Assembly (NCBI GenBank): GCA_002633005.1
Contig: NMRA01000001.1
Span: 3,393,695 to 3,457,694, forward strand
From: Phoronis australis
Lineage: Eukaryota > Animalia > Phoronida
DNA length: 64,000 bases
Reading direction: 5' to 3'
The position numbers and the translations under genes are program-made. Shown here one piece after another: positions 26,215 through 64,000 of this stretch; within the stretch, counting starts at the first letter, position 1; every line of letters starts with the position of its first letter. The notes below the pieces were generated by a model. That model worked only from the letters and a program-made list of their open reading frames with translations, was not told where the DNA came from and did no database searches.

Positions 26215-28457
26215 ATGAATTTTGGTTTTCGCGAGTTAACAGAATTCGAGACGCAGTCTGAGTTATTTCCAGACTACCCGGCGCTCAACAGAGAAATTCA
26301 CAGACTCTTCGTTCCCGAATCGACACCAGTGAAAGCCGAGTTTGAAAACAACGGAACACCAAGCAAGGAACTAGACGAGTTCGACAAACTTTGCAGAAAT
26401 TGCATTCAGTCCAATACAGCTTGTGGCAAGAACAGAACTCCCGCGCAAGTAAACATCGTGAAAATGCTGGAACGTTCCCCAGTGAGACGGAGGCCCAACA
26501 GAGCGGTTCGAGTCTGCGTGTTTTGCCGCAACAACGGGGAAACCGAAGCAGTATACAGTAGCCACCAGTTGAAGGTACCGTTTTGTAAATTCATTTAAAG
26601 AACACCGGTGACAAATGTGTAGGCACTTGTCAGATGTAGCGGTCCCTCATTTTGAGAACTAGTTTCATCCGCTGAATAACGCGCCCGTAATTTAGTGATT
26701 GCCTGCGGCAATTTACATGGGTTACCGAAAAGCTAACCAATGAGCTATCTCCTGGTATAGCTCATTGAGCTAACTAAGTAAATGATTCACGGGAATCCTC
26801 TTTAAAGTGTGAAATTTGTTGGGCGATGTCAGTTTTACGTTTTTACGGGTTATAATTACATTTCCCGGCTTACTGATTTTTGCGTCGGTGCGTATGTAGA
26901 CGGTTTGCTTGGATTTTAAGTAGGCGTACCTCGAACACAAGAAGTTAAAGATAATATGAATCGTTAAATTGTGAATATGCTAACAACCCCAGGTCTTTCG
27001 GTGATTGCGTAATATTTGGAATTGCTAGGGTTTTGTATATTTTCGTACTTGTTTTTAAGCGTATCAGTTGTGGCGTTTTCTATAAAACTGCATTTAATTT
27101 ACAAACAGTTTCTTTTCCTGTTTATTCGTGTGCACACAGTTCCGCTTGCTACAGATTTAAATATTCACGATTTTAATGAGACATAGTATCTTAAATCAAC
27201 TACGTTTTTTCTTTAATGTCTCATTGTGATGTCCCACGTGTTTGCAAGGAAATGGATTTAGTAATAGAGTGAGGGGTCGCTGAGTTATGTTAGCTCAAAC
27301 AGCGTCGTTTAACAAAGCGCGCCAACTTCAAGATCTAGATTGCCTCGCTGCATGGCAATAAATGTGACGTAGCCTACGTTTTGTTGCTGTTAACTAAAAA
27401 AATTCTGTTATGCCTTTTGTCATGTTTATTATAGCGTCATTGTGAAATTAACAACGCTTTAGTAACAAAAGATACGTACAACCAGTATTTTACCAATTTC
27501 AATAATCTAAAATACTATTCAGGTGTTCTATAAATTTATCGTTGTTGTAAAATAACAATTACGGCTTTGTGTCAAACTGCTGAACTTCCTTAATCTTGTT
27601 ACCAATTAATGGAGAGACTGAAAAATTATCTAAATTATACTGAAAATAAAATTTCCGTCAAAATTATCAGTTGGCGCAGCTGTATTGGTCATATGGGTGG
27701 TCGTGTTAGTCATTATGGGACACCGGAATGAATCATTGCACGTGCGTTGTATCTCAATAACACTGTGTCTATTTTCAAACGATGATTCACATATAGTGTG
27801 TGGTATTTTCAGAGCAGTACGCATAGTTATGGTTCATTCATTGTGTCCTCGTGTTTTGGATCACGCGCAGCATCTGAGTCCAGTAACTTGAGGAATGTTC
27901 TCGGCGTATCTGGAAACAGTTATTCCATTTTATAAGCAATAAAACGTCCTAAAGAAAAAAAAAACAGGTTGTCTTTGGTAATGGATTATTTTCTCTCCAT
28001 GGTCAAAAAATGCCTTAAATGTCCCATCAGATTTCAAAATAAGTTGTACCATTTCAGTTAAGTAGCTAGGTTATGCCATTAGTTTATTTCAGCAGGAGCA
28101 TGCGCTGAATGTCGCTGTGAACGTTCAATAGTCCGAATGTCTGACATGCATATAGTATTGTGTCCATTCAGTAACCACTTAAACCGTGACCAAAAGTTGA
28201 ATAGTTCTTAAAACACTGATTGCATTGTAACCTGCAGCATGCAGTTTCGGTTACGTGCCACTCTCAGTTGTCTGTGGGCTTTGTTTCAGGACGGCTCTGG
28301 GATCGTCCAGTGCCCCATCTTAAGGGCCTACACGTGTCCTGTGTGTTCCGCCAGCGGCGACAATGCACACACGCTGAAGTATTGCCCGCTTACTTGCCAC
28401 AAGGAGCCCACACGTTGGTCCAAGATGGGGAGGAACAGTGTGGGAAAGTGGGTTTAA
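26215..28457 (+). CDS. nanos: Nanos RNA-binding protein, 175 aa; exons 26215..26574 and 28290..28457
   Basis: Splicing AAG|gtaccg (26575) to tttcag|GAC (28289), phase 0, restores the two CCHC zinc fingers [56 protein letters not shown]-like ELFPDYPAL near the N-terminus; C-terminal RNSVGK; TAA ends at 28457. Confidence 0.95.
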
Positions 28458-28642
28458 CCCGCATCCGAGTCTCCATGGCTGGATTTTTTTATTAATTAAT
28501 GTTTGTTAACGGTGAATACGACAATCCTACATGTGCCTACATGTTGTTACTAAATGCCAGCTATATCATTTTGATTGCTGTTTTGTTATTGGATGATTAT
28601 TACGATAGATATTTGTTGTATCTATGTGTTATATTTATTGCT

Positions 28643-28664
28643 GTCTATGTAAACTGCTACCTCT
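28643..28664 (+). promoter_or_regulatory. let-7 target site with near-full-length complementarity in the nanos 3' UTR
   Basis: gtctatgtaaactgctacctct against let-7 UGAGGUAGUAGGUUGUAUAGUU: perfect seed (positions 2-8, CTACCTC 28657..28663); G:U at 9, 15, 16 and 22; mismatch at 12; Watson-Crick pairs at 10, 11, 13, 14 and 17-20. Confidence 0.7.
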
Positions 28665-29389
28665 ATCAGTTTTAGTAGTCTTTTGTATGAACTGTGGAAC
28701 AGATGATAAATGACCAGTAATTATTTGCTACTACAAAGATGAAATTTGTTTGTCCAGCTGGCAAATTAAGGAATTGTCTTGCATCATAAGTGCCTGTAGA
28801 ATCCTTGTACTCCTCTAAGATGTAACTGAAATTTAACTTCTTTCCTAAGTTTAAACTGTTTCTTTTATTAGTTTGTAGTTTTTTTACTAACCTGGTAAAT
28901 TATGATCGTTTCTCATGCCTATGAAACAATACTGTTAATTTCCAAGACCCTTGGATGAATCGATGCTTTGGTCCAGACATTTTGCAGCAGTGGTTTCACT
29001 TGGCTGTACTGAGCTCAGGACATCTACTGGATTTGGATGACTTACCTTGACGAATGATGAAATTAATTTTACACTGTTTAGTTATTTTTATTACCCCGGA
29101 CATGAGAGGGTATACTGGTTGAACTAGTACTGGTGTAAGGTGTGGTCAAATTATGTCATCCGAGAAGCCTGTTCTGCAATCTGTCTGGTGGACAGTCAAC
29201 ATTTGGCTAGTCTCTTGTGAGGACCTAATTGGGAGAATTCTCACTAGACTGTGACTGTATTTATAATTTTATCAGCCAATTTATTTCGCTTGAACTCAAT
29301 TAAACCTGCAATTTTACAAGTCTGGCTCTTAATGTGATTTGTTTTAATTTAGCCTAAGTGCCAAATGTTTGTGTGATTGTTAAATGAGT

Positions 29390-29395
29390 AATAAA
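29390..29395 (+). terminator. Putative nanos polyadenylation signal AATAAA
   Basis: First AATAAA noticed after the stop, at the end of a ~940-nt U-rich tract; CPE TTTTAAT at 29342..29348 lies just upstream. Confidence 0.55.
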
Positions 29396-30402
29396 AATGT
29401 ATGATTTTAATGTCACAGTACTTTTTCAAGTTGTCCTCGTTTGATGTTTTATTCGTCTTGAGTGATGAGCGTTCATTAAGTTATTTTTGTTAAACACAAA
29501 AAGGCCGTTGTTGACTGGGCTGACCATGTCCCTCGTCAAACCATTGGCAGCTGGCTGTAACTTGGCATTCAGCTTTGAAGTGACTATTCTGATTCTCATT
29601 TTGACTATGCACACCTATGTTCTTTCCTCGATTTGGGTAGGAATAAAATAAACTTGATCACTTTTCCACTGTTCATGATATGGCGCCCCCATCTCGTTTT
29701 GAAGTACCACCCTAGTATGGGAGCTGTGTTACATGAATTTGTTCAGTCCGGTGTCCGTTGAGAAAAGGTTACGTAGTTTTGATTTGAAGTAGCGTAATTT
29801 GTGAATAATTGAGTGCTAAACTGTTGACTCTTGAATTTTTCCTGTAGCTGGTGTAGGAACTTACTAAAATTGCGAAGCTTGGAATGAGCTGAGAGTTCGT
29901 GATTACTGAAGGTCGTGGTCAGTACGACAATAATGATCGTGTTGCGTAATCTGATCTGAATATTAGACCCTTGTGCAGTTTTTGCAATGCTCACGGACAC
30001 TAGTGCACTAATCGCGTGGTTTAGCACCAGTCAAGAGCGCTGGGTCGTTTTGAGATGTATCGACCCATGTTAGTAAGTCGACGTGACTTGTCCGTGAGCC
30101 GTTCGTTTTGCGAGTGCGGGCACGAGCTCGTTAGTCAGTGAATTAACTTTACAAGTCGATGAGCCGCAGGGCCGCCGCCTAGTTTGCGACAAGGGACAGT
30201 GAGGGCCTGCGGCGACCCAATTAAGCCCCCATATTAAAAGCATATAAAAATGCTTGTGGCAACTAACTATCTGAAATCAGTATTCATTGTATTCATATTT
30301 TAACTAAATATTTGATTTGGGTATGGACTACCAATGATAAATCGAAACTTCCTCAACATTTTGTTGCGAGTCAGTGCTCCATGCCGAACGATTTGACACC
30401 AC

Positions 30403-30637
30403 GGGCCTGTTCCAAGAAACTTAAGTTCATTTTTGACTTAAGTTTAAGATTTGTCTTAACTTCCAAACATCCATATTCGGTAAGTTAGTCAAAATTAACA
30501 CAAAACTAATGTCAAACACTTGAGTCAAACTTAAGATGTCTTTCTTGAATTGGTTTTGAGACAAATTTAACTTATATTTTAAAATTTACAAAAAATGAGA
30601 TTTTTCTTAGCTAAGTCAGTTTTGTTGGAACGATCCC
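30403..30637 (+). mobile_element. PIF/Harbinger-like MITE (family of 25555..25742)
   Basis: gggcctgttccaagaaac ... gttttgttggaacgatccc; internal identity to the reverse complement of 25555..25742. Confidence 0.7.
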
Positions 30638-31769
30638 AAGGGTCTCTTGGCTCCATAGTCTGTCTGAATTTATTTTGTGTGAATTCAATTGGAAATTCCT
30701 GATAATTAGGTTGAGGTGACACGATTTTAAGAACTAAGCTCGAAAATCGCTGAAACAGTGCTTAGTGGTTCACCGTTCCAGAGAGATGGCTTTAGTTTTG
30801 AATGATTTTGCTGTATTTCGGTCTCAAATACGACCTGAAGTGTAAAAAACTCTGACAATCTTATCTCAATGTGAGAGGAGGGCCATAGCAAAATATTCTG
30901 GCTCATGATGAAGTGAGGTCGAGTAACTTAGCAACGAAGGCTGGTCCTCCCTATAATTACTATGGCACGGATTGTTTCCCTCATCATAATTCTCCAAAGG
31001 CGAATTCAGCATTTTACAAATGAGAGGTCCACTAAAACGATAGTTTTCTGAAGATAATTCTATACCACAACCAATTAGAAAACCGGTAATGAAATTTAGT
31101 GCCGTGATCTCTGCGCCCATCGTCTGTAGAAATGACGGAACTGGAGGATAGAAATAAAAATAATTTGAAATCGTATATTTTTCCTGGTGTTTTTGTATGT
31201 CGTTTGACATTAAACAGGGGGACCCGGAACCTTGTACCCCTCCCCACAATCCATTGGGTAACGGCAACACATTTATGATTTCACTGTCCGAGTATCAACT
31301 CGCGTGACGATACAGTTCAAAACTTGATTGTAACTAAGCCGATTGCGCACTGGAGGCTGCAATAAGGTAACCTTAAAGTTTATCTTCTCATGATGGTACA
31401 ACCGATTATTACCAACAATCCGTTAGACGGAATTGTATGGCCATATTTGACATTGACTTCATTAGTAGTGAAGCGGCCCAATTTTTGATGTTGGCACATT
31501 GCATTTGCTTACCCCCTGGATGACATGCTAAGCTTAGTGATGGAAATCCGCTTTCATCGTGGCAGGAAAGATTTGAAACTTTTGTTTTGTTATGCCTTTG
31601 AGTATCCTGCCTCAGTTTAGATGACGAGTGAAGAGCGGGAAACATCACATTAAAAGGGATTTTTGAAAGACCATTTTCAGTGAATCACACACGTACAGAA
31701 CATTTTTAAGCATTTCGTGTTCAGCTAATATTTCTTCCGAAGGACCCACTGCTGAAAAGGCGCCCTAAA

Positions 31770-31930
31770 CAGTGGCGGATTTAGAGGGGCAGGGCCAAGG
31801 GGACTATGGCCCCCCTAAAATTCTCCCAGATTCCATTTGACAGTTCAGGGGTGCGAATGTCTGACGGGCAAAATCCTGGCTAATACTCTGCCCTGCTCCC
31901 CTCCAACTCAAAATCCTAGATCCGCCCCTG
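31770..31930 (-). mobile_element. MITE (family of 23524..23680)
   Basis: cagtggcggattt ... gatccgcccctg; its reverse complement matches 23524..23680. Confidence 0.75.
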
Positions 31931-33545
31931 TTAACGGGCCTCTTTAACCATGTTAAATTTTTGAAACCCGGAACATGTCATTTTGTGACTTCCGTTGTCT
32001 GTCTAGCGGAGTTCTATAAAACCGTGTTCTCTCGCTATAAGACAAGGATTTCTAAGATTTATGGGAAATTATCAGGAATTTCCTACTGAACGCATGCCGA
32101 TATTGTGCCCATGTTCTCAATTTCCTGGAAATTACTGAAGTGCGAAGAACAAATGGTGCGTTTAGTATTTAGTTTTATTTCCGTTACCAACTATACGAGC
32201 ATCGAAACCATCAGCGACTCAAGAAAAAGGTTCAGGACTTGTTGTTGACCAACTCAAAAACTGCGAATGTACGGACTGATTAGAGGGATTGCCGGCTGGC
32301 ATTCGGAAACAATTCTGTCTACTGAGGTCGGATGGACTTGCTGTGTTAAACCCAAAAGTCTTCGGTCAGGAATGGGACAGTGACACCTTAATGCGGCGAA
32401 CTGCAGCGTTAACATGAGCCTTCGGCGTTAGTTTTCGAAGTTTGCAGGGAACGGGGTACGCTCTTTCCCAGTGTTATGACGGAGACCAGGAAGAGATAAC
32501 CATCGTGGTTATCTCTTCCTGCAGAGACGGATACATGTAGCACTGAAAACATGCGGCAGCATGGCTTCACATTGATTAATGGACATAAGGTAACATTCGG
32601 ACATCCCCATTTGACAGAAAACAATCCTCAAAAATTCCGATTGATTGATGTTGAGGAATGTATCAGTATATTGCTCCATCTATCGAGACATGACTTTGCA
32701 GCTTACGGTTTACAAAACGCCGGAATTCTGCACTTCTCATTGCGATACGTATGCATGCAGGAAATTTCAGCATATTTGCTGAGCGCTTGCAGGACTTCAC
32801 AACGGTATCCATGCCGAGTCCGTTCGTAGGCCGGAACTATCCATCAATTTCGCGTAGGGCCCAGGAAAGGCTACTGCATGAATACGTGAGAACTCCCCGG
32901 AAATTCGGCCGTGGCTCCCTGCTAAAGTGCACAACAACCTATCAGAAACAACTGGCGTTGGCGGTGGAACTCTTAGTAAAAATAAGTTTTCCACCAGATA
33001 ACCTCATACCGTCCAATTTTTTTCGTTACTCCCTTGGACAATTTTATGGCTTCAAATAGTCTACTAAAGCAGATTTCTGTACAACAGAACAGCTTTTTGC
33101 TTCTCAATTTTGTTTCTTTTAAGTATCCAGAATAGAAGTGAATGTAACTGTAGCCTTTTAAAAACGTTTTTAAAGTTTAAAATTTTGTGCAGAGACACCA
33201 AGCTCGATTTTTTTAATGTCAACTTCACTTCAATTGACATTGGGACAATATCAGTGGCAGACTTATCATATAGCGAATGAAGTTTCAGCCCCTCACTACC
33301 AGAGGGGTCCCTTAAGTGCCAGATTTCCCATTAAGTTATTAACTAACCAACCGTTTAGGGCCCCCACACAAAATAGGGGCAACAACCCGAGGCCTATGCA
33401 GGTGCCTATTAAGCTTCAGGCAGATCAACCACAGAACAATACCATGATATTTCTGCTTTTTATGGATGGCGTTGATTGATTTTATGGTCTGATTTAACGT
33501 TGACACAGTACCTACTCATCAGGACTTGTATATAAGACAGTACCA

Positions 33546-33551
33546 TTTATT
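33546..33551 (-). terminator. Putative polyadenylation signal of the WDR49-like gene
   Basis: AATAAA on the minus strand about 900 nt past the stop, at the end of an AU-rich tract; alternative hexamers near 34388. Confidence 0.4.
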
Positions 33552-34450
33552 GTAACCAGTGACATCTATACATAACATTGAAATAAATCGCCTACAAAAT
33601 ACAGCAATATCACAAATAACAATCGCACTCAGTAAAGGTTAATCACAAATTAACATCTTATAAGTTTTAACTGGCATAAATATACACTTGACATAACATT
33701 GTATTTATAATTGAAAAATTAAATATTGGTGAACAAAAAATGGAAATATTTAAAAATGTACACAGTGTTCAGGGAATGCCAATATTGTAAAAAAGACAAT
33801 AGTCTACAAAAATACTTATATTTACACTCAATTAAAGCGAGGTCGCCAGTGATTTTGGACACACAAAAACTAATAACTCAAGCTTGAAATTGTTTTTACA
33901 CACCAAAAACACGACCCCTGAGCTTCGTTCTCACTTTAACAATACACTTCTTGTAGTTTACAACTAACGTGAAGCACTTGTAAGTTGTATTTTAAGTGCA
34001 CTCGGCTAAATTCCTTCATTTCTGTTAATTACATGTTAAACCACATTTAATGAAACAACCATCTTATTTTGTGCAAAATTCAAGAGCAAAACCTATAATC
34101 ATACATCCATGGTCTACACTCACATTCCACGAGTTTTCTAGGATATAATTTTCATTATGCACAAATTTTCCAACAAAAAATATATGCATAACAAGTTGTG
34201 CTAACTATTGCACGAACTTGAAAATGTGACTCTTACTTATCATTTAAATTTTTCCATAAGTTTATACCTTCTTAACTTTCCGTGAGTTTTCAAAGATATA
34301 ATTTTCATTTTTTATGATTTGTTTTCCACAAAAATAGATGTACAATATTTTTACTAGTTATTCCTGAAACTCGCCACACTACTAAAGTTTATTTTATTTT
34401 GTCTTTTGAAATTTTCCGTCTGGCACTGCACGGTAAAATGTGTGGGAAGG

Positions 34451-62993
<28,543 letters not shown>

Positions 62994-63262
62994 CTGTAAC
63001 AAAAGTTAGATGACAATGAATAAAAACAGTGGCAACACAAGTGTGCAAAGGACGACTTGACAAGACTAAGCAGACTAAACACAATAACCCAAACAAAATT
63101 GTTGGCAACAGCATAAAAAGTTTCATTTTCGGGTATTGACTACTGATATCAATAATTTTCAACTTCCAGTCCAAAGTGTATAATGTCAGTGAACAAGAAA
63201 CTTGTATCACAATATGTTGAGACTCTTTAAATGACAGGCACTGAGAACAGTTCAACACTTTG

Positions 63263-63915
63263 CATAGGCAGATTTAGGGGGGGCCCAGGGCCCCTGCCCC
63301 CCTTGGCTGCCGCAAAAAAAAACAGTAAGAGCGTAGGGAAATTTTGAGTTTATTAATTAACTCCAGCAATTAAAATTATACGGCTGAAACAAGATTTAAA
63401 TGTGTGCAGTTTTAGTGTTTGGGGGGGGGGCTCAGATCCAATTTCAAATGGAACACTGCGCAATCATAACGGAACTATGGCTAAGTACAGGCTCTCCCAC
63501 GATATCCCAGTCGACCGGCAGTGGCGCTGCACACTGCGACTCCGTTTCCGTCGTCTGCTCCACTGTGCAATGAAGAAAATTACTTCATTTTTTTAAAGAA
63601 AATGGAATCTGAGCGACAATGAAAAAACAGAAGCTGCTAGTAAGATGAAAATTTTAATCGAAGCCTTAGTGAATCACTCAGAAACTCATAATTCTCTCTT
63701 TGCCAAACCTTAACTTAAGACGATTTCCAAAGTAATCGCGTCATTATTGCAAACACAAAAAACAAATTTGGTCTTTTGGGCAATTGAAGACTATTTTTTT
63801 GCCCCCTCCTGACCTCCCCCCATTCGGTGCTAAGCGCATCTACAATCGTGCCTTGCACGAATATTTACAGACAAAAGTGTTGGGCCCCCCTTGTGATATC
63901 CTAGATCCGCCACTG
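63263..63915 (+). mobile_element. Non-autonomous DNA transposon/MITE (family of 4097..4447)
   Basis: cataggcagattt ... tagatccgccactg; shares its 5' and 3' segments with 4097..4447. Confidence 0.65.
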
Positions 63916-64000
63916 GTTTGAAGTTACTCCTTCATGTGACTGTGATCTCTACCTGAGTACCATGATTCACAAATCAAGTGTAAGTTTTTACGAGAAAGAG

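Noticed and set aside
26575-26598. Unspliced end of the nanos ORF (VPFCKFI*) as in the ORF track
   Set aside because: Read-through into the intron; splicing at 26575 restores the complete zinc fingers.
28580-28670. An antisense let-7 gene (minus strand reads agaggtagcagtttacatagac)
   Set aside because: No convincing star arm or hairpin. Three of the four internal differences from let-7 preserve G:U pairing for a plus-strand target, which favours a target site.
28755-28766. Smaug recognition element (CTGGC) in the nanos 3' UTR
   Set aside because: The motif falls in a stem rather than in the loop of a hairpin; the second CTGGC near 29322 has only a weak stem.
33819-33826. Pumilio element TGTAAATA in the WDR49-like 3' UTR as a Nanos/Pumilio target
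   Set aside because: A single AT-rich 8-mer in ~900 nt of AT-rich UTR is weak evidence on its own.

Overview
This is eukaryotic (animal, probably marine invertebrate) genomic DNA from a heterozygous draft assembly. Single Ns lie at 450, 3835, 17899 and 47210, and the first two are flanked by near-identical haplotype duplicates. Three genes are supported. (1) An intronless orphan class A GPCR (11439..12473, +) that lacks the TM6 and TM7 prolines. (2) A two-exon nanos gene (26215..26574 + 28290..28457, +, 175 aa) with a ~0.95 kb U-rich 3' UTR. (3) The 3' ~28.5 kb of a WDR49/WDY-like WD40 gene on the minus strand: 23 exons reconstructed by hand with matching phases except across the N at 47210, plus three candidate frame-preserving microexons of 15, 36 and 24 nt. 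Intergenic and intronic DNA carries many MITEs and non-autonomous DNA transposons, a tRNA-derived SINE family and a minisatellite split by a hAT-like insertion. The most notable observation is a site in the nanos 3' UTR (28643..28664) complementary to almost the whole let-7 miRNA (miRNA positions 2-20: 15 Watson-Crick pairs, 3 G:U, 1 mismatch). It sits among CPE and Musashi-type elements, suggesting a let-7-to-nanos switch that may act by slicing. All calls come from manual reading; no database searches were run.
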